Positions 18,392 through 27,358 of a stretch of 64,000 bases of DNA are shown here, one piece after another. Position 1 is the stretch's first letter. Every line of letters begins with the position of its first letter. The translations under genes and the position numbers were made by a program. This DNA is from a virus. The stretch lies in IMG/VR virus record IMGVR_UViG_3300025674_000019, positions 1-64,000 of that record; one strand, given 5' to 3'. The notes beneath the pieces were generated by a model. It had not been told where the DNA came from and did no database searches. It saw nothing but the letters and a program-made list of their open reading frames with translations.

Positions 18392-19935
18392 GCTTAGTAG
18401 CACACTTTCCGGGGGGTATGACCCCTAGGCCTCTACAAGTAAAAGCTTTAGAGGCTATAGAGCAGGCCCTAAGAGGCCCTAAAAAGCACATAGTCCTTAG
18501 GGCTCCTACGGGAAGTGGTAAGTCTGCTATCGCAGCTACCGTTTCCCGTTTTTTTAAGTCTCAAGGGGGCGCGTACCTGCTGTGCTCTCGCAAGTATTTG
18601 CAAGAGCAATACCTTAGGGACTTCTCTAGGCTAATGACTAACTTTTGGGGCAAGTCTAACTATACCTGTCCTATTATAAACAAGAGCTGCTCAGGGTGCC
18701 CTGCGGACCAATCTAAGTCATCCGCAGACTATGCGATGTACCTACGCACCAGGTGTACCGACAAGAAACTGGGCGATAAATGCCCGTACATAGCAGCTAA
18801 AGATAGGGCGCTAGAGGCGGCCACTTCTCTTCTTAATTTTGAAGCTTTTATTTCCCATAACCTCTACGGCAAAGAGTGGCCAGAGCGTGGGGTAATAATT
18901 GTAGATGAGGCGCACAACTTCTGCGACCGTCTGGCAGAGCAATTAGCTGTACCTATACCTAAGATTGCCTTACCCAAAGTAAGGAGTGCTACGTCTCCCG
19001 CGCGGTCTATCACTAGCCTAACTGCTTTAAGAGACTACTACATACAAGAAGTAGACAGGAAAAAAATGTTGGGGCAAGCTCACTCAAAAGAGCAGCTGTA
19101 CATTAGACTATTAGAGCAATATCCTCGCGTTGACTCTTGGGTAGCGGAGGAGGGAGCTATAAAGCTCTATAAAGTAAGAGATAGCATTAAAGAGCATCTC
19201 AGTAGGATGGCTAACAAGGTTATATGGATGTCTGCATCCATAACTAACAGTCAGTGCCTAGAGATGGGCTTAACCTCGGTCAACTCGGTGGTAATAGATT
19301 TACCGAGCGAGTTTGACCTTTCTGACCATCCTATAAAGTATAAGGGAATGTTGCCTATCCCTAAGGCTTTCTCTCTTAAGGGACCCTCGGACTGTGTTAA
19401 AAGCTTTAAGAGCATTAAGTCACTGCTAGAGCAGGAAGTATTCCCTGAGCATAAAAGAGGGATCATACATACTCACAGCTACGCTTTAGCTGCAGCTATG
19501 AGAGACGGTTGTAAATTCCCTAAGTCACTAAATATTTTATTCCATACAGACCCTAGGAAAACGGAAGAGTCGGTAGAAGCGTTTACCTCCAAGCGAGTAG
19601 ACTGGATTGTAACTCCTACTCTCTCTGAAGGGTTTGACGGCGCAGGAGATCTAGTTCAAGCTCAGGTTATACTAAAAACCCCTTGGCCTAGCCTAGCATC
19701 AACTAAAATGAAGAGAATGCTTAACTCTACTGACTTTGGAAAGAAGCTCTACAGAGCCAGAACTCTCAGCACCTTTATACAGAGCTACGGCAGAGGCTCG
19801 CGGTATAAAGGAGATGAGTGCGTTACCTACATAATAGATAAGGACTTCTCCAGGCTTCTATCCGGTAGCTGGGAAGACATACCTATGTGGTTTAGGAACG
19901 TTCTCACCCACAATGGATTCTGGGAGCAGGGCTAG
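18388..19935 (+). CDS. DinG/Rad3(XPD)-like helicase
   Basis: PRPLQ, APTGSGKS, Fe-S-type Cys residues, DEAH, SEGFD, QSYGRGSR. Confidence 0.85.
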   Translation: MSLVAHFPGGMTPRPLQVKALEAIEQALRGPKKHIVLRAPTGSGKSAIAATVSRFFKSQGGAYLLCSRKYLQEQYLRDFSRLMTNFWGKSNYTCPIINKSCSGCPADQSKSSADYAMYLRTRCTDKKLGDKCPYIAAKDRALEAATSLLNFEAFISHNLYGKEWPERGVIIVDEAHNFCDRLAEQLAVPIPKIALPKVRSATSPARSITSLTALRDYYIQEVDRKKMLGQAHSKEQLYIRLLEQYPRVDSWVAEEGAIKLYKVRDSIKEHLSRMANKVIWMSASITNSQCLEMGLTSVNSVVIDLPSEFDLSDHPIKYKGMLPIPKAFSLKGPSDCVKSFKSIKSLLEQEVFPEHKRGIIHTHSYALAAAMRDGCKFPKSLNILFHTDPRKTEESVEAFTSKRVDWIVTPTLSEGFDGAGDLVQAQVILKTPWPSLASTKMKRMLNSTDFGKKLYRARTLSTFIQSYGRGSRYKGDECVTYIIDKDFSRLLSGSWEDIPMWFRNVLTHNGFWEQG

Positions 19936-20597
19936 TAGGCCGCTAAGGCCTGCAGCTCTTTTTTTAGGTTAGACATTCGGTACTTGCAGTACTCCCTAAC
20001 TTCTTGAAGTTTAGCTACCTGTACTTGTACTACGTCTTCCTCATCTACAGCGTCTAGTAACGGCCCACTCGCCATTTCTAAGATCTTGTTGGCTTGATCG
20101 TCTGAGATCTTTTTGCTCAGAGGAAACATCCTATTGAACTCGTGAAGGCAGAAGCTGAGCTCTTCAGGCACTACAAAAAAGCCCTCATTAGCTACGCACC
20201 CTGCTGCGTAGATGCGAGGATCGTCGTTGTACATTTCGTAGCTAAAGTCTTCTTGATAGTACTTGCCGAACTCTAGTAGCTCCTCTAAAGCCCAGCAGAC
20301 TTCCCCTGCGCTGCACTCATTATAAGTGTCGCTAAGGCACTCTGTGAAGTTTAGTGTCTCTACTAGGTTAGAGAATACCCCTCCGTCCCATAAATGGGCA
20401 GGGTTAGCCTTTACCGCTAATAGAGCCATGAGCCTATCCGCAGCGTCTGAGTCTAGCTCTATGCCTATGTCCTTAAGCTCCTCGAATATAGTATCAAACT
20501 CCCAGGCAAAGCATTGGCCCTTAAAGAGCTTATCCACTGCCACAACTAGCGACATTCCGCTAGACTCTGGGTTTGTAAGTATATCTCTTGGAGTCAT
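19932..20597 (-). CDS. hypothetical protein, probably virion-related
   Basis: 221 aa ORF coupled to the upstream K-x-A motif protein. Confidence 0.6.
   Translation of the reverse strand: MTPRDILTNPESSGMSLVVAVDKLFKGQCFAWEFDTIFEELKDIGIELDSDAADRLMALLAVKANPAHLWDGGVFSNLVETLNFTECLSDTYNECSAGEVCWALEELLEFGKYYQEDFSYEMYNDDPRIYAAGCVANEGFFVVPEELSFCLHEFNRMFPLSKKISDDQANKILEMASGPLLDAVDEEDVVQVQVAKLQEVREYCKYRMSNLKKELQALAAY
19937..19969 (+). terminator. possible terminator after the DinG-like gene
   Basis: AGGCC-GCTAA-GGCCT followed 7 nt later by T7-AGGT. Confidence 0.35.
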
Positions 20598-20600
20598 TTA

Positions 20601-22232
20601 CTAACTTCCGCCAGCTAGCTGCTGTTGCCTGCGGCTCTCATCAAACATAGCCTGCTGAGCGTCCACAGCGTCCAGCGGGTCAAACTGTTGGTAGTGCACA
20701 GGGTTAGTAACTGTACTAGTTGGGTTAAGGTCGCTTAGTCCTCTAAGGTAGTTAAGCTCAGACTGAAAAGAACCTTGTTGGTACGCGTCGGATAACTCTT
20801 TAGCTGCCATCTGCTTAGCTATCTGTGCGCTATCTTTTTGATTCTGCTCGTATTTTTGTATGTCTGAAAGAAGGTTAAACCTAGCGTCTTGTTCGCGTTT
20901 TTCGTCTAAAGTATCTATGAAGCCCAGACGATCCCCCAGAAAGTAGCTACCTAGGCCTAGACCTGCCCCGACTAAGCCTCCCAGCCCAGCTCCCGCACCA
21001 ATTCTACCGGCCAGCCTTGGTAAGCCTCTAGCCGCAGGGATACCTTTGTGTGCGGCTGCGCCTATAGCCGCACCCAGACCTGCGCCTCCTAGGCCAAAGT
21101 CTTTATAGTCATATAAAGCATCATTGGGGTCGGTTAAGTTGAAATCTCTATCGCTTAGGGCCTTTCTCAGTACCCCGAGTCTCTCAGTCTGAGCTTCCAT
21201 CTCCGACTGGCCAGGGAACTCTCCTCTATACATAGAGGGAATAATTACCTCAGAAGCTTCCTTAACCTGATAGCCCATCTTACTAACCAGTAGCTTAAGC
21301 ATGTCAGCAGGTAAGATAGGTAACTCTTCTACTAGCTTTGCCTCGTCGAGCTTTCCATCTGTAGTAATCTCGGGAAGAATGTCGTCCCCAAGTACATCCC
21401 CATAGAACTCAGGGTCTTTCTTCATGAGGTCGGCTAGAGGAACATCTGTGCCTGCTAAACTAACCATCTTTTCCATAGAAGTCTTAGTATTAAAGACTGT
21501 CTCCATGGGGTTAGGGAGCTTTCGGTTGTAGTGAACTTGCAGACCGTATACTTCGTCTAGCTTACCTACAGTCTCTGCAATCTTAACAAGGTCATCACGA
21601 GTGTTATCCGAATCAAAAGCGCGGACTACGCTAGCAACCTTAGAGAATACACCGTTAGCCTTGCCGCTAAGGGAGTCTTCTCGCGCCTCAATCCACTCTG
21701 CTGCTTTCTCTAGGTCACACTGAGCCAAGCCCGCCCACTGCATAACTACAGGGCTAACATTCTGGTCGCTATCCGCTGCTGCCTTTACAAGGACAGTCGC
21801 TGCGGTAGCAAGGTCTTCAGTGCTCAACTTAGAGCTAACCCTCTTAAGAGCCGCTTCAGCTTTGGGAACATCACTAGCTGTCTTAATGCCGAATTTCTTC
21901 TGCTTAGGTAGCAGGTACCTAGGCTCTTCGTGAGCAACCTTAACCTGCGCTTTAGGCGGCAGGATTATCCCATAGATCTCCGCCGCCCTAGAAAGGTTGC
22001 TAGAGACATGGGGCGCAAGGTCCGCAGTTTTGATGGCATAAGCTAGCGACATCGCTGTGTTAGCTGGCGTGTCGATAGGATACGCCCTATTGTACGTATC
22101 TGCAAAAGCAGAACTAGGTAGGTTATCTAAGGATACGCCGACCGAAGCATGCTTAATGAGGGGCTCGATACCGGGCCTCTCCTGCAGTATATTATATAGG
22201 GTCCTATGTGTGAAATCTCGCTGCTGGTCCAT
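20601..22232 (-). CDS. putative head/virion protein with many K-x-A/S motifs and a glycine zipper
   Basis: KHAS, KTAD, KVAH, KTAS, KVAS, KIAE, KEAS; GLGGAGLGAAIG..GAGAGLGGLVGAGLG; start at ATG 22232 (GGAG RBS). Confidence 0.55.
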   Translation of the reverse strand: MDQQRDFTHRTLYNILQERPGIEPLIKHASVGVSLDNLPSSAFADTYNRAYPIDTPANTAMSLAYAIKTADLAPHVSSNLSRAAEIYGIILPPKAQVKVAHEEPRYLLPKQKKFGIKTASDVPKAEAALKRVSSKLSTEDLATAATVLVKAAADSDQNVSPVVMQWAGLAQCDLEKAAEWIEAREDSLSGKANGVFSKVASVVRAFDSDNTRDDLVKIAETVGKLDEVYGLQVHYNRKLPNPMETVFNTKTSMEKMVSLAGTDVPLADLMKKDPEFYGDVLGDDILPEITTDGKLDEAKLVEELPILPADMLKLLVSKMGYQVKEASEVIIPSMYRGEFPGQSEMEAQTERLGVLRKALSDRDFNLTDPNDALYDYKDFGLGGAGLGAAIGAAAHKGIPAARGLPRLAGRIGAGAGLGGLVGAGLGLGSYFLGDRLGFIDTLDEKREQDARFNLLSDIQKYEQNQKDSAQIAKQMAAKELSDAYQQGSFQSELNYLRGLSDLNPTSTVTNPVHYQQFDPLDAVDAQQAMFDESRRQQQLAGGS

Positions 22233-22246
22233 AAGGGGGTACTCCA

Positions 22247-23779
22247 TTGAGACGGCGTAGACGAAGCTTTCTTAATACTAGCGCACTAAGCGCTGAGGTA
22301 CAAGTTACCGATCTGCCCAAGTATTTCGTACTCATGTTTAACAGAAGTACGTTCCTAGCGTCATACTGCTCAGTCATCGCTAGGCTAAGGAGGTCCGAAG
22401 CTCCGGGCCTTGGAACTATGGGAGTTCGCAACCTCCCTCAAGGAGGGGCCGAACTCCTCTATGACCCTCTGTTTAACGACATGGTTAAGGTCCCTGCCCA
22501 CCGAGATAGTGTGGGCAAGATCCTCATACACGAGCTTGTGCACCTCCAGAACAACCATACAGGTAGAGGCTTGAGGTTATACCAGCTCGAAATGGATAAA
22601 GATCTGTGGGCAAAGGTGTCCCCTGTAGCGGTGGACTTTGCGTGCAACAGTTCCTGTGTTAAATGGGACCTGTTTACTGAAAAAGATCTTCTATCATCAG
22701 AGCCTTATGAGCTAGATGAAGATGGAGCCCCTGTCATAGACGACAACGGTAGGCCTGTATCTAAATGGCGCGGCCTATGGCCCCCCGAGTACGATCTTCC
22801 TGTAGGCCTCTCTTACGAGCAGTACTACAAGATTCTATCGGACATCGAGAAAGATAAGCCGCCCCCGCAGTGGCAGCCCTCCGGAGAAGGGGGTGAGAGC
22901 GGCGAAGGAAGTTCTGACTCTGAGTCGGGTAAAGACCTGGAAGAGAAGATGCAGAAGGTCAAAGACCTGCTTGATCGAACCTCTAAAGGTAAGAAGAAGT
23001 ACGTACACGCAGAGGATCTTACAGATCTCTCAGAAGAAGAGATCGAGGACCTGATCGCAGCTGCAGAGGCTAATTCGCAAGCGGCTATTAAAGAGATCAG
23101 CTCGGAGCTTAAGAGCAGGGGATTAGGGTCTTCCGCTCTAGCTATGGAGCTTAAGGAGCTCCTTAAAGATCCGGTACTAGACGCTAAGCAAGTTATCCGG
23201 TCTATGGTAATCCAAGAGTCCCTTAAAGTGGGCAAGAAGAAATCACTTAGGGTTCCTAATAGGCGTAGAACTGCACTGGAAAGAACTGGAGTCTGCCTCT
23301 TTCCTGGCAAGCTTAAGGACACTCGGGCGCGGGTAGCTTTCTTTGTAGACACCTCTGGCTCTGTGTCGGAAGCAGAGTTTGAAGAGGGTCGTGCAGAGTT
23401 TGTAGGACTGCATAATTACCTTAAAGAGGTTACTATCGTGTACTGCGATAGCGATATTACTAATATCGAAAAACTCTCTGGAGATAGTAAGTTCCCTGCG
23501 AAGCGCTATGGGTGCGGAGGTACAAGCTTTGACCCTCCCTTCCAATGGCTGTCAGAGCAGGCAACAAACTACGATATGGTAGTCTACCTTACAGACGGAG
23601 GAGCGCCTCTTCCTGATGAAAGGCTAAGGGCTAACATTCCCGTTCTCTGGCTGATCACGAGTAGAGGTCATCTTCCTGGTAGATACTTCGGAGGGGGTAG
23701 AATGGATATTGGCCGAATGTACGGGCCCGCAGAAGGCTTGGACTACGGCACAGCTATCAAGCTTCCAGCTAGGCTGTAA
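22247..23779 (+). CDS. DUF2201-type metallopeptidase + VWA-like domain protein (MoxR partner)
   Basis: HELVH (HExxH), acidic linker, MIDAS VDTSGS, GGTSF, LTDG; TTG start with AAGGGGG RBS. Confidence 0.85.
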   Translation: MRRRRRSFLNTSALSAEVQVTDLPKYFVLMFNRSTFLASYCSVIARLRRSEAPGLGTMGVRNLPQGGAELLYDPLFNDMVKVPAHRDSVGKILIHELVHLQNNHTGRGLRLYQLEMDKDLWAKVSPVAVDFACNSSCVKWDLFTEKDLLSSEPYELDEDGAPVIDDNGRPVSKWRGLWPPEYDLPVGLSYEQYYKILSDIEKDKPPPQWQPSGEGGESGEGSSDSESGKDLEEKMQKVKDLLDRTSKGKKKYVHAEDLTDLSEEEIEDLIAAAEANSQAAIKEISSELKSRGLGSSALAMELKELLKDPVLDAKQVIRSMVIQESLKVGKKKSLRVPNRRRTALERTGVCLFPGKLKDTRARVAFFVDTSGSVSEAEFEEGRAEFVGLHNYLKEVTIVYCDSDITNIEKLSGDSKFPAKRYGCGGTSFDPPFQWLSEQATNYDMVVYLTDGGAPLPDERLRANIPVLWLITSRGHLPGRYFGGGRMDIGRMYGPAEGLDYGTAIKLPARL

Positions 23780-23780
23780 G

Positions 23781-24314
23781 TTGCCTGCGTACCACATACA
23801 CCTGAAAAAGCCTAAGAACCTTCCTTTCAGGTCATTCTACCTGTGTACAGACTCAGAGGCAGCCGCAGACGTGGCTGCCTCTGTAGATGTGCTTATAGAG
23901 CTTCCGGCTAAGCCGTACATTCCTAAGATAAAAGAGTGTGACTCCTGCGACGATGAGTCAGCTAAAATCCTAGACTCAGCGGAAGACGGAGTAATTCTTG
24001 TACCTATGCTTACGGACCGGTCCGGGGCTCCCAAGTATGTATCGCTGTACAAGCCAGACGTTGAGCGCAGAAGGAAAGAGTACTTCTGGAGTATGCGAGG
24101 AGTCTCCTGGGGCTTTCGCAGAGAAGAGGTAACTTCTTCTGTAAAGATCTACGAAAGCAGAGTTGGCCTAATAGTTAAGGGCCAAAGGCAAGGCAGCCCC
24201 TGCAGTCACTGCCCTAAAGTTCTAGATAGCTTAGGTGCTGACGCTACTTGTACCTTCGGACTGAAGGTATGCAAAGAAACCCTAAATCTCAAGGAGCTAC
24301 TCCGTGAAGATTAG
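23781..24314 (+). CDS. hypothetical Cys-cluster protein
   Basis: TTG 1 nt after the VWA stop; C-terminal CSHCPKVLD..C.....C; overlaps the RT start. Confidence 0.6.
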   Translation: MPAYHIHLKKPKNLPFRSFYLCTDSEAAADVAASVDVLIELPAKPYIPKIKECDSCDDESAKILDSAEDGVILVPMLTDRSGAPKYVSLYKPDVERRRKEYFWSMRGVSWGFRREEVTSSVKIYESRVGLIVKGQRQGSPCSHCPKVLDSLGADATCTFGLKVCKETLNLKELLRED

Positions 24315-25362
24315 ACATATCAACTACACTGAGCCTGCAAACGAGGCTCTTCCTATCCTGCTGGACTATACCAGCTTAGCGTACGCACTTGACTTGGATG
24401 GCAGCGGCATAAATGGGCTAGTTAGAGGAGCTACTCGGGAAAAGGCCGGAAGCGAAAACTCTCTTTATGAGCACTTTCAAATACCTAAGTCTGGGGGAGG
24501 AGTAAGGCACATATACTCCCCCAATGCGATGCTAAGCGCAGTGCAAACTAAGATCCGAGATAGAATCATCGATAAGGTTCCTAAGATGAGGGAGAGCGCT
24601 GCCTACGAGCCAGGATCAAGGCCAGGAGACACGGCTGCTCTCATAGCAGGGGCGGAAGTGATTGTTAAGCTAGATGTTAAGAATTACTTCCCGAGTATAC
24701 TTCAGTCTACCGTAAAGAAGTTCTTTGAGCACCTCGGCTATCCTAGCACTGTGGCAAACCTCCTTGGAGGAGTTTTATGCGTCTTAGACAAGGACGGAAA
24801 GAGGTTCGTTCCTCAAGGAGGGCCCGCCAGTCCTATGCTTGCTAACCGAATAGCGGAGTGGCTCATCGACCCAGAGGTAAAGAAGGTCACTCCCCCCGGG
24901 TGGAGTTACAGGAGGTACTGCGACAACCTGTACCTATGGCCTGCTAGTCCGGAAGCCCTAGAAGGAGTAGTTCCAAAAGACTTGCTCACAGACCTAAAGA
25001 AAGCTGTATGGGCAGCTGGGTTCTGCGGTCACCAAGGAAAGATAGTACCTAAGCACAAGAGCCAGCGGATCTTGGGTCTATGTGTTAACGTGAAGGCTAA
25101 CATGCCTAGAGAGAAGTACAAAGCTCTCAAGGCGTGCCTGCACAACTGCGCGTACCACGGCCTAGAGTCTCAAATGGACAAAGCCATCTTGCTAGGATTT
25201 AAGAGAAGGGCTGGCAGCAGCTTGAAGCAAGAGAAGCTACGGTTCATAAAGTTTCTGTCGGGGTACCTGAGCTACTACAAGCACTTCCTGGTAACAAACA
25301 GGATAGAAAAACTTGAGAAGTCCTTCCACGCTGCGCTGGCAAGAGAGGGTGAGTCAGCTTGA
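24304..25362 (+). CDS. retron-like reverse transcriptase with atypical YCDN motif
   Basis: F.IPKSGGGVRHIYSP, LSAVQTKI, KLDVKNYFPSI, VPQGGPASPMLAN, YRRYCDNL, QRILGLCVN, LKACLHN, LSGYLSY. Confidence 0.88.
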   Translation: MKIRHINYTEPANEALPILLDYTSLAYALDLDGSGINGLVRGATREKAGSENSLYEHFQIPKSGGGVRHIYSPNAMLSAVQTKIRDRIIDKVPKMRESAAYEPGSRPGDTAALIAGAEVIVKLDVKNYFPSILQSTVKKFFEHLGYPSTVANLLGGVLCVLDKDGKRFVPQGGPASPMLANRIAEWLIDPEVKKVTPPGWSYRRYCDNLYLWPASPEALEGVVPKDLLTDLKKAVWAAGFCGHQGKIVPKHKSQRILGLCVNVKANMPREKYKALKACLHNCAYHGLESQMDKAILLGFKRRAGSSLKQEKLRFIKFLSGYLSYYKHFLVTNRIEKLEKSFHAALAREGESA

Positions 25363-26954
25363 GGTTCATCGCTTTAGAGTCAGCTCTTAGCGGAGATATA
25401 GTCCGAGACTCTAATTCGCCGGCCAGAAGCGGCGTAATGGTTATTACCAACGACGGGTCAGAAGAAGAGATAGATAGCTTAGCAGTATCTCTTCAGGAGG
25501 TGTCCCAAGATAGTGTGTTTGTCCTTCGTCCTCAGGTACTTAATTCTTCTAAGGCTATAACCATAGATGCAGCCTCGGGCCGTCGCCTAGATACATGGGT
25601 GGGCAGAATTGGAGCTGGGCGTAACATGGTGGAAGTTTCACTGTTGGACTGCACCTACGCCAGTCATTACCCTATGAGGCTCTCGTCTAAGTTCATAAAC
25701 AATACCGGAGCGGTCATACAAGTAGGTAGCCCGCATTCTGCCGTTGATCTATACCCGTATGTAGAAGCAGTAGTGCACGAAGGGCAGGCAGTGGAAGTAG
25801 AAAAGCTTAGCGAACTGGTTAGCTATCTTGGAAGCTGTGCCGATCCTATGCAAATCCTAAGAGGATGCTCCTCTTGCACAGAAAGAGCGTGCTACCAGCA
25901 TGCCCGAGGCAGTAAGGGCCTAGTGTATGAGTGGCTAGAAAAGCAAAAGGGCTACATTAAGCCTTCTGGATTTGACTCCGTATTTAGCCCGAGAAGAGTC
26001 TCTAGGCTGAGCCTAAGGAACCACTTAGACTGGGATGGGACTTCTAGGGTAGCTAACGATAGGTTACTCGCCGCAGAAAAAGCGAAGAAGACTCGCCATA
26101 AGAAGAAGACGGATTGCTCTAGGTGCGTAGAAAACCTTAGGAAGGGGTACTACGCAGATAAAAAGTGCAGCCGAATGAAAGACTGCGAAGGCCCAGTTAC
26201 TGCGGGTATGACTAGAGAAGCTATGCTGGACTTCTCTAGGTCTGCGGGGCTAGCTACGCACTATGGCAGTTACCTAGCGCAGGCTAATATACACCTAGCC
26301 GGGTGTGGCATAGTTGCACGAATAGGTGGAAGGAAAAAGCAGCAGTGGCACGTTGCTTACGCTTTTGACCCTAGATCCAAGAGCAAAAACTACCATAGCT
26401 TTAGGGTCAGCAAAGTAGAGCCCTACTACACAGACTTGGACGTTAGCAAAGTGCCAAGCCGCATAAGAGTACTACTGTACAAAGATCAAAATACCTACAC
26501 TGGTAGGGAGCCTACCGTAGTACGCCTTAAAGACCTTCTCTTAGGGTTGGTGTCTTACACAGGTCTCAATCCCCTAGACTCCGTTCCTACTAAAGCTAAA
26601 TGGAAAAAAGTCCCTAGGGATGTAATTCTTATGCACAATACAGTGAACGCAATGCCCTCCGCCAGGTACATATCGTGTGAACACTCTAAGGATAGGGAGT
26701 ACGATATTTGGGGTTATGGTATAGGGGTAGCTCTGCCTACAACCGTAGGTAAGATTGCTAAGCTGTTAGACGAACCAGGTAGCCCTTACGCTGTTAAGAT
26801 GTTCAGCTACAGGCCGTTCCCCCAGACAAGCTTCAAAAGCTACTATTCGTGGTTAGATAGAAGTAGTCTCTGCCTAAGAAAGGTGGAAGACTTATACAAA
26901 AGCACATATACCGGAAGAGGTAACGTCTCTTCTGCAATACTAGGATCAGCATGA
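25359..26954 (+). CDS. hypothetical Cys-rich protein coupled to the RT
   Basis: 531 aa; TTGA overlap with RT stop; CSSCTERAC and CSRC..C....C clusters. Confidence 0.7.
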   Translation: MRFIALESALSGDIVRDSNSPARSGVMVITNDGSEEEIDSLAVSLQEVSQDSVFVLRPQVLNSSKAITIDAASGRRLDTWVGRIGAGRNMVEVSLLDCTYASHYPMRLSSKFINNTGAVIQVGSPHSAVDLYPYVEAVVHEGQAVEVEKLSELVSYLGSCADPMQILRGCSSCTERACYQHARGSKGLVYEWLEKQKGYIKPSGFDSVFSPRRVSRLSLRNHLDWDGTSRVANDRLLAAEKAKKTRHKKKTDCSRCVENLRKGYYADKKCSRMKDCEGPVTAGMTREAMLDFSRSAGLATHYGSYLAQANIHLAGCGIVARIGGRKKQQWHVAYAFDPRSKSKNYHSFRVSKVEPYYTDLDVSKVPSRIRVLLYKDQNTYTGREPTVVRLKDLLLGLVSYTGLNPLDSVPTKAKWKKVPRDVILMHNTVNAMPSARYISCEHSKDREYDIWGYGIGVALPTTVGKIAKLLDEPGSPYAVKMFSYRPFPQTSFKSYYSWLDRSSLCLRKVEDLYKSTYTGRGNVSSAILGSA

Positions 26955-27358
26955 AGATATCGGCTAAAGACTTGAGGGCGGGGATACCTCCGTTCCTTAA
27001 AGGTCAGATTACTAACATTACCCCTATGGGTAGCTACTGCATACTTCTTGTAGAATGTGAGACGCACGGCCACGAGTACTCAATTCCAGTAACTAAGGAT
27101 TTCATGGCAAAGAAGTTCTCGGGCAAGGAGATTGAAGTATGTCAGCCTGGAGAAGAGCTGCCAAAGCATACTAAGCCCGCAGCCTCAAAGGCAGACTCCG
27201 GCAGGTCTGGACCTAGAATTGGCTCTAGGCGTAAGATTAAAGGTGTGCTAAAGGAATGCATCCGTTACGACTTTGAATCGGTGGATCTCCCCGGTAAGAG
27301 GCGTCAAAGGGACCCCGCTTCAGGTAGGCTCGGGTATCCTGTGTGGGCAGTCATTTGA
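26951..27358 (+). CDS. hypothetical basic protein
   Basis: 135 aa; ATGA overlap with the upstream gene. Confidence 0.6.
   Translation: MKISAKDLRAGIPPFLKGQITNITPMGSYCILLVECETHGHEYSIPVTKDFMAKKFSGKEIEVCQPGEELPKHTKPAASKADSGRSGPRIGSRRKIKGVLKECIRYDFESVDLPGKRRQRDPASGRLGYPVWAVI

Noticed and set aside
24304-25362. RT as part of a diversity-generating retroelement or group II intron
   Set aside because: I saw no TR/VR pair differing at adenines, no Avd-like gene, no maturase or endonuclease domain and no flanking intron RNA; the motifs are retron-like. A self-dotplot would be the decisive test.
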